A stretch of DNA of 64,000 nucleotides from an uncultured Bacilli bacterium (lineage in GTDB: Bacteria > Bacillota_I > Bacilli_A > RF39 > UBA660). This document shows positions 10,643 to 20,986 of the stretch, in pieces; the stretch's first letter is position 1, and the number at the start of each line of letters is the position of its first letter. Where the stretch lies: contig CANRCC010000001.1 in the NCBI GenBank assembly GCA_947629025.1, positions 20,955 to 84,954 of the forward strand, in the 5' to 3' direction. The position numbers and the translations under genes were made by a program. A model generated the notes under the pieces. It saw only the letters and a list, made by a program, of their open reading frames with translations. It searched no databases and was not told the DNA's origin.

Positions 10643-11194
10643 TTATTTCCCTTTTCTAGTTTTTATTAAACTATAATCATTCTTATCAACTTTGCTAGTA
10701 GATATATTAATAAAACCAACTTGCTCTAAAATACTTATTTCATTTTCAACAGTTAATGGTGTATCAATATGTTTGTAGTTATCTACATTATTTTCTAGTT
10801 CATAAATACTGTAATCTTGTTCTTCTTGGCTTAAGCTTATTTTATCACAATTTAAAAATAATCCACCACTTTTTAAACAATCAAATATTTTTTTATATAA
10901 AATTCTTTTTTCTTCTGGCTTAAAGTGATGTAATGCTGATTTAGAAATTACTGCGTCATAATTATTACCAAAATCTATTTCAAAAAAATCTCCACAAATC
11001 GTTGTCACACGGTTTGCAAAATCTCTTTTAGATAATTCCTTTAACATATTTTCTGAAATATCTATGACTGTTACAGATGCATTAGGATATAATTCAAACA
11101 AATGGATTAATTCTAAACCTGTTCCTGCTCCTAAGTCTAAAATTTTAGTAGTATCTTTATCTAAACAATCAGCTAGTATTTTTTTAGTTTCCAT
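10643..11194 (-). CDS. Class I SAM-dependent methyltransferase (small-molecule type)
   Basis: Motif I ILDLGAGTGLELIHL, post-I acidic residue VIDIS, motif II/III present. 183 aa. Confidence 0.8.
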   Translation of the reverse strand: METKKILADCLDKDTTKILDLGAGTGLELIHLFELYPNASVTVIDISENMLKELSKRDFANRVTTICGDFFEIDFGNNYDAVISKSALHHFKPEEKRILYKKIFDCLKSGGLFLNCDKISLSQEEQDYSIYELENNVDNYKHIDTPLTVENEISILEQVGFINISTSKVDKNDYSLIKTRKGK

Positions 11195-11543
11195 ATAAGT
11201 TTCATGTACTTAATCATAAGAATCTATTTTTTCATTAAAGAAGGTTCTTTGTTTTTGATTTCTTTCATATAAATTCATAACTTTATCTCACTCCATTTTA
11301 CTATTTTTCTTTAAATTTTTCTAATTTCAAAAAAATGAGGAAATATTTCAATTTTTATATTTTTCCCTGAGCCACGTACTCATGCATTTTTGGTATATAT
11401 AGTATTTATGTTACTATTATTACCTATGAATATCTATTATTTTAGAAACAAAATGAAAACAATGTTTTCATTCGTTTACTAATTTGATTTTATCATCTAA
11501 TTATATTTTTATCAATATTTGCATTATGTTTTTTTATTTATTC

Positions 11544-12686
11544 TTATAGCTCATTTATAATTATAGAGTTTTTATAGATTTTAGAATGTCTATTATTAAA
11601 TTCATTACTAAATGACTCAAATAAATTGGATAATAATATTTCTAATTTATTGTACTTTTCATATTGTGTTGTATCGCATTCTTGTTTATAACCAATTAAA
11701 CTTTGGATAGCATCATCTAATAAGGCACATAATAAATTCAATTCTGTTTCACTCAATTTATCCCTTTTCTCAGAAAGTTCACTTATATTATAATTATATG
11801 GTTTAATAAAAACTTCATAATTGCTATATGCTTCTTTAGTTTTTTCATAATGTACTTTGTTCATAATATCCATCATTCTTTCAATATTATAATTTTCTAT
11901 ATATTCAAATACATTATAAAATTCTTCTAGTTCTATAACGTCAAATTTATTAAATAAAATTTCTAATTCATCATCTGTAATTATATCATTTAGATTGTTT
12001 AATTCATTTAGACGAATATCAAATTCTTTTAGTGCTTCCTCTATATTAGGCACTATTCTTAATTCTAATGGGTTATTATCATTTTTTATATTTATTATTG
12101 CATCTTCCATTATTTTCTTGAAAAAAATTAATTCATATGGTGTTAATAATATATGATCAAATGTTGTTGAAATATCAAAATTATTAATTATTGTTATATA
12201 ATCATATTCATTCATTCCTTCATATTCAGAACTATATTTAGCCCATTTCTCTTTTTGTACTTCTCTAAGTAAACTTTTTTGTGATTCTAAATTATATTTT
12301 TTTACATGTGTAAATAATATATCTATTGAATCCAAATCATTCATATCACAAACATCTAATATCTCTTTTAAACTATCTATTCCCATATCAACCTCCTCTT
12401 CAATTAATGTACCATTTACATTTTTACATATTCTTTTAGCATTTTTTTTAATTTTATGTTCTATTTCTTCACCTAAATCTAATCCTAATATTTCGGCTAT
12501 TTCCATTAAGTATATAGCTACATTTGCAAGTTCTTCTCCTAAATCTTCTTTTTTCTTTAACCATGCCCTATATGCTTCGCATAATTTCTCATAAGCTAAA
12601 CAAAATTCCATATTTAAATCTGTTACATTAAATCCATGATTTACTTTATTTTGATATACATCTTTTTGTAATTGTTTAAAATTCAT
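11544..12686 (-). CDS. Two-domain protein: N-terminal MazG-like NTP pyrophosphohydrolase fold (about 95 aa) + uncharacterised 285-aa acidic C-terminal region
   Basis: N-terminus has the MazG/YpjD-like pattern (EDLGEELANVAIYLMEIAEILGLDLGEEIEHKIKKNAKR). Remainder has no recognisable motif. Confidence 0.5.
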   Translation of the reverse strand: MNFKQLQKDVYQNKVNHGFNVTDLNMEFCLAYEKLCEAYRAWLKKKEDLGEELANVAIYLMEIAEILGLDLGEEIEHKIKKNAKRICKNVNGTLIEEEVDMGIDSLKEILDVCDMNDLDSIDILFTHVKKYNLESQKSLLREVQKEKWAKYSSEYEGMNEYDYITIINNFDISTTFDHILLTPYELIFFKKIMEDAIINIKNDNNPLELRIVPNIEEALKEFDIRLNELNNLNDIITDDELEILFNKFDVIELEEFYNVFEYIENYNIERMMDIMNKVHYEKTKEAYSNYEVFIKPYNYNISELSEKRDKLSETELNLLCALLDDAIQSLIGYKQECDTTQYEKYNKLEILLSNLFESFSNEFNNRHSKIYKNSIIINEL

Positions 12687-12776
12687 AATATTTTTCCTCC
12701 TTCTTTTTTATTATAATAAAAAATTGCTATAACATGTAGCGATAATTAGTCATAGATGATATTCCTATGTGGAATA

Positions 12777-13673
12777 TCATTTTATTTTTATATTTAATTG
12801 TTCTTCAATAAATCTTAATGGAACTTTTGTCAAAAACTTTCTATTATATATGAGTGCCACTTCTTCATGATGTAATTTTGTTTTAATATTAATACATTTA
12901 TATGTATCATCACCTTTTATTATGTCTTCAATTATATAACCAACACCCAAATTATTTTTAACAGCAGTCATTATTCCTTCACTGGTATGAATATTAATTG
13001 CTCTTTTAATTTTTACATCTTTTTTGATTAATATTTCATCTAAGAATCTTCTATTATTAGAACCAGGTACTGGTAATACTAGAGGAACATTTTCTAAATC
13101 TTTTATGTCTTTTATATGTTTATATTTTTCATATTTATCTTTTCTACAGAAAAATTTATACTCTATTGGATATAATTTAATCAATTCTAAATCTTTATCA
13201 AGGTTCTCAAATATTGGTGAAGAATATATAATAAAATCTATTTTATGATTATTTAATAAATTTAATAGATATTCTCTTGATCCATTCATTAATGTTATTT
13301 CTATATTTGGATATTGTTTATAGAATTTTTCTATTTTATCAAAAAAGAAAAAAGATGAAATATAAGATGGTAATCCAATATTTAATTTACCTCTATTTAA
13401 ACTATCTGTTTCCATTAATAATCTTTCTGCTGTCATTATATTACCATATGATTGTTCTACATAATAAAGTAATTCTTTGCCATTTTCAGTAAGTTCTACC
13501 CCATGGGAGTTTCTATAAAATAATTGTGTACCTAATTGTTCTTCTAATTTTTTAATTGATTTTGATATAGATGATTGAGTAGTATAAGTAAACTCCGCTG
13601 CTTTAGAAAAACTTCCATATTGTGCAACATCATAAAATACTTTATATAAATTCAAATTAATATTATTAAACAT
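12777..13673 (-). CDS. LysR-family transcriptional regulator
   Basis: N-terminal wHTH (FSKAAEFTYTTQSSISKSIKKLEEQLGTQLFYRNSHGVELTENG) plus periplasmic-binding-protein-like co-inducer domain. Confidence 0.85.
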   Translation of the reverse strand: MFNNINLNLYKVFYDVAQYGSFSKAAEFTYTTQSSISKSIKKLEEQLGTQLFYRNSHGVELTENGKELLYYVEQSYGNIMTAERLLMETDSLNRGKLNIGLPSYISSFFFFDKIEKFYKQYPNIEITLMNGSREYLLNLLNNHKIDFIIYSSPIFENLDKDLELIKLYPIEYKFFCRKDKYEKYKHIKDIKDLENVPLVLPVPGSNNRRFLDEILIKKDVKIKRAINIHTSEGIMTAVKNNLGVGYIIEDIIKGDDTYKCINIKTKLHHEEVALIYNRKFLTKVPLRFIEEQLNIKIK

Positions 13674-13907
13674 AAAATCACCTAGATAAATTATATCATA
13701 TTTTTATAAATATAATTGATACTAATACTATATAATAGATAATAATTAAAAAAGTTCTAATTAAAGAACCTTCTATTTTTAAACATAGTCAAGAAAAATA
13801 ACATAAAATTCTCTATTTTTATCCTAGAAAATTATTTTTATTTTTCCTACATAAAAAAGTAGGTATTTCTACCCACTTAGTTTGTAATATCATAATCTTA
13901 CAATGTA

Positions 13908-14588
13908 TTACTTATCAATAATTTTACCATTTTTAATATTAACTAATTCAACACAATAAACACCTTTAACTTGTGTCCCATTTTTTAAATTACTTAAATA
14001 ACTTTTATGAATGTGTCCGTGAATGCTTATAGGGACTCTATTTTTGTATAAAAAATACGTTATTCCTTTCAATCCATCATGAACTGGATCTTTATAATCA
14101 TATGTAAATGGTTTATCATGAGATAATAAGATATCAACTTTTGGCATTTTATTTAAAAAATCAATACTCGTTTCATGAGTAAATGATGGGAACTTTTCAT
14201 TCTTATATTTAAAACTACCTTGGATTGCACCAATTCTTACCCCATTAATATTAATAACTTTTCCATTTATATCATTTAAACGTTGTTCACTTAAAAGACT
14301 AAATCTATCATGATTACCTAATATTGCAACTATTTTATTTTTAGGTATATATTTAAATATTACTTTATAATCATAATCATGAATATCACCCAAAATACAA
14401 CACAAATCGTAATCAACATTTTTTAATTTTTTATACATATTCTCATTCAAAGATAAATCACCATGTGTATCTGATATTACTAACAACTTTATATCCTTAT
14501 CAAATAAAGTAGTTCCTTTATTTTCTAATGAACTTTCGTAATCAGGATTTTCAATTTTATCTTTTTTAAACCACTTTTTAAAAAACAT
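13908..14588 (-). CDS. Calcineurin-like metallophosphoesterase
   Basis: Motifs DTHGD, GDIHD, GNHD, GHIH in canonical order. Confidence 0.8.
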   Translation of the reverse strand: MFFKKWFKKDKIENPDYESSLENKGTTLFDKDIKLLVISDTHGDLSLNENMYKKLKNVDYDLCCILGDIHDYDYKVIFKYIPKNKIVAILGNHDRFSLLSEQRLNDINGKVININGVRIGAIQGSFKYKNEKFPSFTHETSIDFLNKMPKVDILLSHDKPFTYDYKDPVHDGLKGITYFLYKNRVPISIHGHIHKSYLSNLKNGTQVKGVYCVELVNIKNGKIIDK

Positions 14589-14739
14589 ATCATCACATCC
14601 TAATACAAATTATATCATATATTTAATATATTTAGATTAATCTCAGCAAAGATTTTAATGAGTAATGCACTTTAAAACAATTTAAAAAACTTATCTAATC
14701 GTTATTTTTTATCAAAAAACACCTAAAAATCGGAACAAG

Positions 14740-14779
14740 AAAAAACTCGCTTCCCCTTATTTTATGGGGCTTTACGAGT
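14740..14779 (-). terminator. Rho-independent terminator immediately after secA stop
   Basis: Nested GC stem (ctcg..cccc / gggg..cgag) followed on the minus strand by a U5 run. Confidence 0.5.
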
Positions 14780-17275
14780 TTATTTACCACAACAGTTCTT
14801 ATACTTGCGTCCACTTCCACATGGGCACTTTTCATTTCTACCTATTTTTTTAACTTTTCTAGGAGTACTACTACTATCCTTTGAATCATTTGTTCTTGCT
14901 GGTTTTGCAACTTCTTTTCTTTCTAGGTTTTGTCTAATCTCAGCTTTAAGTAAATATATTGTTGTTTCTTTATTTATTCTTTCTATCATTTCATCAAATA
15001 ATTGGAAGCCTTCATTTGTGTATGCAACTAATGGATTTGTTTGTGCATAACTTCTTAAATTTATACCTTCTTTTAAATGATCCATTGTATTTATATGTTC
15101 CATCCAATGTGTATCTATTACTCTTAATGCAATTACTTTTTCAAAATCATTTACTATCTCTTCTGGTAATTCTTTTATTTTATTTTCATATTCACTAATT
15201 ATTTTTTCTTCTAATACTTTTATTGCATCCTCTTTAGATTTATTAATTATTTCTGACACTTTAATATTAGAATTTTTAAGTAAATTTTCATTAACATATT
15301 CACATATTTCAGAGCAATCAAATTCTAATAATTCAGGTTGTTCAACTAAATGTGATGAAACTAACTCATATATATGATTTTTAATTAAATTAATTATTGA
15401 TTCATGTATTGAGTCTCTATCTAATATTTCATTTCTTCTTTGATACATAATTTCTCTTTGTTTTCCCATTACGTCATCATATTGAAGTAAATTTTTTCTT
15501 ATATCAAAGTTATTTCCTTCTACTTTTTTCTGAGCTGATTCAACATTTTTTGTCATAGTTTTACTTCTAAAGTTAATAGTTGTTCCTAATCCTGCGGTTT
15601 CTAATATATTTTTAAATCTATCAGTACCAAATCTAACCATCAAATCATCTTCAAAACTTACATAAAATTGTGTGTATCCTGGATCACCTTGACGACCTGA
15701 ACGTCCTCTTAACTGATTATCTATACGTCTTGATTCGTGTCTTTCTGTACCAATTACACATAAACCACCTAGTTCTTTAACACCTTCTCCAAGTTTAATA
15801 TCTGTTCCACGACCAGCCATATTTGTCGCAATTGTTACAGAACCCATTTGTCCTGCTTTTGCTATTATCTCTGCTTCTCTTGCATGATTTTTAGCATTTA
15901 ATACCTCATGTTTAATTCTTTCTTTTTTTAATAAATCACTGATTATCTCACTTGTTTTTATTGATATTGTACCAACTAATATCGGTTGTCCTGTTGCATG
16001 TCTTTCTTTAATTTCTTTTACAATAGCGGCATATTTATCTTTCTTAGTTGCATATAATAAATCTGCCATATCTATTCTTATTACTGGTTTATTTGTTGGT
16101 ATTTGAATTACATACATATTATATATATTTCTAAATTCTTCTTCTTCTGTCTTAGCAGTACCTGTCATACCAGAAAGTTTTTTATACATTCTAAACAAAT
16201 TTTGGAATGTTATAGTTGCAAGTGTTTTTGTTTCTTCTTGAATTTTTACACCTTCTTTTGCTTCTATTGCTTGATGTAATCCTTCAGAAAATGCCCTACC
16301 GTGCATTAAACGTCCTGTGAATTGATCTACTATTACAACTTCTCCATTTTGCACAACATAGTCTACTTCATTTTTCATTGTGTAATTTGCTCTTAAAGCT
16401 TGGTTAACATGGTGAACTAAAGCAGAATATTTTATATCATACATATTATCTATTCCATAAAAAGATTCACATTTCTTACTACCTTCATCTGTTAAACTTA
16501 TACTATTTGTTTTTTCATCTATAGTATAATCTTCATTTTCTTTAAGCCTAGAAACAAACCTTTGTGCATCTTGATACTGATTTGTAGAATGCATTGCACC
16601 ACCAGATATTATAAGAGGTGTTCTTGCTTCATCAATTAATACTGAGTCAACCTCATCTACAATTGCAAAGTTAAGAGGTCTTTGCACTCTATCTTCTTTT
16701 TTGATAACCATATTATCTCTTAGATAATCAAAACCTATTTCATTATTAGTTGAATATAATATATCACAATTATATTGTTCTCTTTTTTCTGATGGAGATA
16801 AATCTCTAGAATTTATACCTACTGTTAATCCTAAAAATTTAAAAATTTGTCCCATCCAATTAGCATCACGAGATGCTAGATATTCATTAACAGTTACAAT
16901 ATGAACGCCTTCTCCTTTTAATGCATTTAAATATGCTGGCATAACAGATGTTAAAGTTTTACCTTCACCTGTCTTCATTTCTGCTATATTACCATAATGA
17001 ATAGCTAAAGCACCTAGTAACTGTGTATAATAAGGTTTTTCATTTATTACTCTTTTTGATGCTTCTCTTACAGTTGCGAAAGCATCAACTATGATATCAT
17101 CAAATGTTTTTCCATCTTCTAAATCTTTTTTAAATTTAGTTGTTTTATCTTTTAACTGTTTATCAGTTAATTTTTCATATTCATCACTTTTTGCTTCTAT
17201 CTTATCAGCTATTGACATAAATTTTTTTAATTCTTTATATTCAAAGTCAAATAAACTTTTTAAAATGCCCATATC
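14780..17275 (-). CDS. secA: Preprotein translocase ATPase SecA
   Basis: Full-length SecA motifs including the C-terminal zinc finger KCPCGSGRKYKNCCGK. ORF-track start (17320) is probably over-extended. True start MGILKSLFD at 17275 is preceded by AGGAG 7 nt upstream. Confidence 0.95.
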   Translation of the reverse strand, partial: DMGILKSLFDFEYKELKKFMSIADKIEAKSDEYEKLTDKQLKDKTTKFKKDLEDGKTFDDIIVDAFATVREASKRVINEKPYYTQLLGALAIHYGNIAEMKTGEGKTLTSVMPAYLNALKGEGVHIVTVNEYLASRDANWMGQIFKFLGLTVGINSRDLSPSEKREQYNCDILYSTNNEIGFDYLRDNMVIKKEDRVQRPLNFAIVDEVDSVLIDEARTPLIISGGAMHSTNQYQDAQRFVSRLKENEDYTIDEKTNSISLTDEGSKKCESFYGIDNMYDIKYSALVHHVNQALRANYTMKNEVDYVVQNGEVVIVDQFTGRLMHGRAFSEGLHQAIEAKEGVKIQEETKTLATITFQNLFRMYKKLSGMTGTAKTEEEEFRNIYNMYVIQIPTNKPVIRIDMADLLYATKKDKYAAIVKEIKERHATGQPILVGTISIKTSEIISDLLKKERIKHEVLNAKNHAREAEIIAKAGQMGSVTIATNMAGRGTDIKLGEGVKELGGLCVIGTERHESRRIDNQLRGRSGRQGDPGYTQFYVSFEDDLMVRFGTDRFKNILETAGLGTTINFRSKTMTKNVESAQKKVEGNNFDIRKNLLQYDDVMGKQREIMYQRRNEILDRDSIHESIINLIKNHIYELVSSHLVEQPELLEFDCSEICEYVNENLLKNSNIKVSEIINKSKEDAIKVLEEKIISEYENKIKELPEEIVNDFEKVIALRVIDTHWMEHINTMDHLKEGINLRSYAQTNPLVAYTNEGFQLFDEMIERINKETTIYLLKAEIRQNLERKEVAKPARTNDSKDSSSTPRKVKKIGRNEKCPCGSGRKYKNCCGK

Positions 17276-17342
17276 ATCATCTCCTTTGATAATTATATCA
17301 AATTTATTTATTAAGCACAATAAAAGTACTTATAATAAGTAC

Positions 17343-17993
17343 TTAAATTTTATTTGCATTCCTATAATTTTTAACTATTATATATATCAAAATTGATATA
17401 CATATTGCAAGAACCGTAGCAGTAACTAAAATACTATAAAAAGATTGCTTTGATTTTGGTTCAAATTGCATTAATATTTTCTTATTTGTCATATCATTTG
17501 TTATATTCCATGTATAAATATTTTTACTAGATGAATCTGAATTATTTGTAATTACTTTATATGGATTTTTTATATTTATCTGTAAATGATCTATATCTAA
17601 TGTATTTCCAATATTTAAATTATTTTGATTTAATTTTAAATCTTGATCTATATATATGTCTACATAATTATCCAATTTAGAATATTTTATTTCATCTACT
17701 AATTGATGATATATTTTACTATTTAAAATGTAATCATCTATTGAACTAAATTCTTCTTTGTATTCTATTTCTACTTTTTCTCCTTTTATAGATACATGAT
17801 ATTTTTCTAAAGGAATTTTACTAGTATTAAAAATTTCCATTGTTTTTTTATATGTATCTTCTTTATTTTCTATTTCTAAATTTAATTCTTCTTTTATAGA
17901 TAAATCTTTGTTTACTGTAATATTATAATCTCCAGAACATCCACTTAATAAAATTATACAAAATAAACAAAGTAATAATTTTAACTTTTTCAT
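17343..17993 (-). CDS. Lipoprotein with C-terminal TM anchor, unknown function
   Basis: Lipobox LLSGC at residues 15-19, C-terminal hydrophobic helix. Confidence 0.5.
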   Translation of the reverse strand: MKKLKLLLCLFCIILLSGCSGDYNITVNKDLSIKEELNLEIENKEDTYKKTMEIFNTSKIPLEKYHVSIKGEKVEIEYKEEFSSIDDYILNSKIYHQLVDEIKYSKLDNYVDIYIDQDLKLNQNNLNIGNTLDIDHLQINIKNPYKVITNNSDSSSKNIYTWNITNDMTNKKILMQFEPKSKQSFYSILVTATVLAICISILIYIIVKNYRNANKI

Positions 17994-17996
17994 ATA

Positions 17997-18887
17997 TTAA
18001 AGCCCCTTTACTAAATAGTAATGAAGTGTTTGTGAATTTATATCTTCTAAACTCCATTCTGTATTTGTTCTATTTGCATTTAAAACCTTACCATATGACA
18101 TTGATGATGATGAACATGCATATGGGCTACTGCTATCATCTGGATCTGCAATAATTAATTTACCTTCTAGTGTTATATTATATATTGTTATAAAATTACT
18201 ACCACAAGTCAAATTTGAATTACCATTAGATTGGATTTGTGCAATTACAATACCACCATTTCTTATAGAATTAACTACCATATCACCTGAAATCTCACTT
18301 ATATCTAAACCACTATATCTATTAGTTACTACAGAAAAAACATCTCCAATATTTACATTCTCACTACAATCAAAAATTTCTTCATTATATAAATCTAAAA
18401 TATCAATAGGTGTAATATTAATATCTAAAATTGTTGAAACCGCCATAGATGTTGATACTATTGTTGAACCATATACATTAAAATATTTATTTTCTCCACA
18501 CTCTAATTTTTTCTTTTTTAAAAATATATCATTTTGATTATAATAATAAAAATTCTTTCCCGTATATGTCTTATAATAAGATGTTGGTTCTATCTCAGAT
18601 ACACTTTCATAATCCTCATCAGTATAATGTGTAGAATTATAATTTAGAATTTTTGATTTTACTGTTGATTTTTTTATACCTGATATATTAGAGTTATATA
18701 TGCAGCTATTTAAACTAAATACATTACTTATTAATAAACTTAAAATCAATATTATCTCTGTAATTATAAAATACTTTACATATGAACTATCTCTTTTTTT
18801 TACTATTATAATTGGAAATATAATATATATAAATAATTTTATTAAAACGAAAATGAAAAGTACTATCGTATTATCACATAAACTCAT
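17997..18887 (-). CDS. Membrane-anchored papain/C39-like pseudo-peptidase (catalytic Cys->Ser, His->Asn)
   Basis: C-terminal domain aligns with the neighbouring 405-aa protein (GSTIVSTSMAV vs GCLLTSVSIQV; GSNFITIYNITLEGKLIIADPDD vs GQHWVAVISVQGSEITIADPGS), but the nucleophile and general-base positions are substituted. Confidence 0.45.
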   Translation of the reverse strand: MSLCDNTIVLFIFVLIKLFIYIIFPIIIVKKRDSSYVKYFIITEIILILSLLISNVFSLNSCIYNSNISGIKKSTVKSKILNYNSTHYTDEDYESVSEIEPTSYYKTYTGKNFYYYNQNDIFLKKKKLECGENKYFNVYGSTIVSTSMAVSTILDINITPIDILDLYNEEIFDCSENVNIGDVFSVVTNRYSGLDISEISGDMVVNSIRNGGIVIAQIQSNGNSNLTCGSNFITIYNITLEGKLIIADPDDSSSPYACSSSSMSYGKVLNANRTNTEWSLEDINSQTLHYYLVKGL

Positions 18888-18899
18888 ATTTTCACTCTC

Positions 18900-19679
18900 C
18901 TAGCATCCTATTAATTTTATATATTTATTTGAAGTTATATCATACTTGTACATCGTATAACAATCAGATTTTACATCACCAAAAGCTGTTTTTAATATAA
19001 CTATTTCTAAATTATCATCATTATCTACATCTACCACATATCTAAGATACATAGATTTTTCATTTAATTCATCATCAGCTGATACTATTTTACTTTCTAT
19101 TATTTCTATATTATCATTGATTACAGAAAATAATATTGAGAACGCTTGATTTTTTTCTGATTCATTATAAAAATTACTCATGCTGTAAATAGTATCTTCT
19201 TCACCATCATTATTAATATCTATTGTATATTTTAAATATTCTATATTTTCTTCATTTAATAAGTTATATTTTTCTAATACTTCTTGAACATATGGATAAT
19301 CAGTATCATCTATATCATTAAAAAATGTCGCACTTTTTTTATTTTTTATATCAAATTTTGTCTTTATTGATAATATTCCACTATCTAAAGATAATTTTTC
19401 AAAATCACTGCTATAAACGTTAAGACTATCTTCGTAATCTAAATATGTTTTACCTATATATTCTTTTGTACTAAAAGAATCAAACTGTTCAAATGATAAT
19501 CTTCTTAAATTTCTAATGTTTAAATTAGTCCATTTATTCCCAAATTTTCTCCAAACTGCTTTATCCTCAACAACAACATAAATAGAATTATTGTTAATAT
19601 ATGGAATAAAAACTCCTGAAATTAAAATGCTAATTAATATTAATGTGATTATTACTATTATTTCAATTTTATTTTTCAT
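18900..19679 (-). CDS. N-terminally membrane-anchored hypothetical protein (259 aa), acidic ectodomain
   Basis: Single N-terminal TM helix, D/E/N-rich remainder, no motif recognised. Confidence 0.45.
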   Translation of the reverse strand: MKNKIEIIVIITLILISILISGVFIPYINNNSIYVVVEDKAVWRKFGNKWTNLNIRNLRRLSFEQFDSFSTKEYIGKTYLDYEDSLNVYSSDFEKLSLDSGILSIKTKFDIKNKKSATFFNDIDDTDYPYVQEVLEKYNLLNEENIEYLKYTIDINNDGEEDTIYSMSNFYNESEKNQAFSILFSVINDNIEIIESKIVSADDELNEKSMYLRYVVDVDNDDNLEIVILKTAFGDVKSDCYTMYKYDITSNKYIKLIGC

Positions 19680-19690
19680 AGTTAGTCTCC

Positions 19691-20908
19691 TTATTTTATT
19701 TCAAATAGTGCAACAGCATGTGATGAAGATACAAAACATGGATATGTTGAACCATTTAATTTTGTTTTACTAGAACCTGGATCTGCTATTGTTATTTCTG
19801 AACCTTGGACTGATATAACTGCCACCCAATGTTGTCCGCATCCTCCTTTTTTAACCTCAGCAACAGGATAATAACCTTGTTCTATATAGCTAGCTAATGT
19901 TTTTGCTTTTTGTGCTTGTGTGCCACTTATTGTTCTTTGTCCGACATAGTGAAATTTTGGAGCAATACTACTCCATCCTGTCCACGTAAATGCACCTCCA
20001 GATGTAAGCCCTCCATGTGCTTTAATAGTATTTGCAAATGTTCCTGGATTAAATGACTTTGATTTAGCAGTACCTGAATTTGCAACTTGTATTGATACAG
20101 ATGTTAATAAGCAACCACATTGATGCATAGTTCCACATCTAATATTTATATTGGCCCATGAACCTTCATATTGTTTCCAAGATAGAAATTTACCTGAAAC
20201 TGATGTTGTACTGCTATTACCACCTGATGAATCTTCTTCTCCTATTGGTGAACTATCACCTTGATCAGGTTTTTCTACATTAACTATTTTTATTTCTTTT
20301 CTTGCCCATATATTTTTATATTCACATGAATAAGCATCACCTTCTAGATATTCTCCTGAAGTATTTAAACTTATTATTAGCTTTGTAAGAATTGGAGATA
20401 AGAACAATAGTATTAGTGCACCTAAACGTTTAAAAAATTTATTAGATGCTTTTTTTAATGCATCTTTTTCACTAGATATTGTTGCTTTTCCAAAATCTAA
20501 AGTACCAAATAAGATTACAAGTACTGGTCCTATTATATAAAAGGCACCCATAACAGCATTTACCCATTTATTAAGTGTATCACCTAAAACTATTCCACAT
20601 TCACTTTCATTTTCTTTTAGTATTGATTCTGTTTGTGATAATTGAGTTGAACATTGTTTTTCATTTTCATTTATTCTGTATATTTCACTCAATATATTTG
20701 TTTTTTGAAGATTTAAGTTATTACATTTATTAACTATTGTAGTATCATCGACTTTAGTACAGTCAAGCTCAGAAAGTTGTTTTTTTATATCATTGTACTT
20801 ATTTATTGTTATATCTATTTCTGCACAAGTTTTCGCGCTTACATTTGTTATATTCAAGAATAAACAAAATATCAATATTAATACACAAATATATCTTTTT
20901 CTCATCAT
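19691..20908 (-). CDS. Secreted, membrane-hairpin-anchored papain-like (C39-like) cysteine peptidase domain protein
   Basis: Signal peptide; Cys-rich coiled region; two TM helices; Ser/Gly linker; C-terminal domain with Q-C-G-C nucleophile motif (MHQCGCLLTSVS) and GQHWVAVISV...IADP, matching the C39 peptidase pattern (H[YFW]VV...DP). Confidence 0.5.
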   Translation of the reverse strand: MMRKRYICVLILIFCLFLNITNVSAKTCAEIDITINKYNDIKKQLSELDCTKVDDTTIVNKCNNLNLQKTNILSEIYRINENEKQCSTQLSQTESILKENESECGIVLGDTLNKWVNAVMGAFYIIGPVLVILFGTLDFGKATISSEKDALKKASNKFFKRLGALILLFLSPILTKLIISLNTSGEYLEGDAYSCEYKNIWARKEIKIVNVEKPDQGDSSPIGEEDSSGGNSSTTSVSGKFLSWKQYEGSWANINIRCGTMHQCGCLLTSVSIQVANSGTAKSKSFNPGTFANTIKAHGGLTSGGAFTWTGWSSIAPKFHYVGQRTISGTQAQKAKTLASYIEQGYYPVAEVKKGGCGQHWVAVISVQGSEITIADPGSSKTKLNGSTYPCFVSSSHAVALFEIK

Positions 20909-20986
20909 ATCATATCCTCTAGATAAAATTATATAATATGAAAAAAATAATTACAAGAAAAAATAGAAAGTTATTTTACAAACTTT

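Noticed and set aside
13024-13492. ORFs 13024..13248 and 13277..13492 (+) inside LysR gene
   Set aside because: Antisense shadow ORFs with no start context.
14805-17396. ORFs 14805..15050, 14959..15198, 17091..17396 (+) overlapping secA
   Set aside because: Embedded antisense frames. secA identity is unambiguous.
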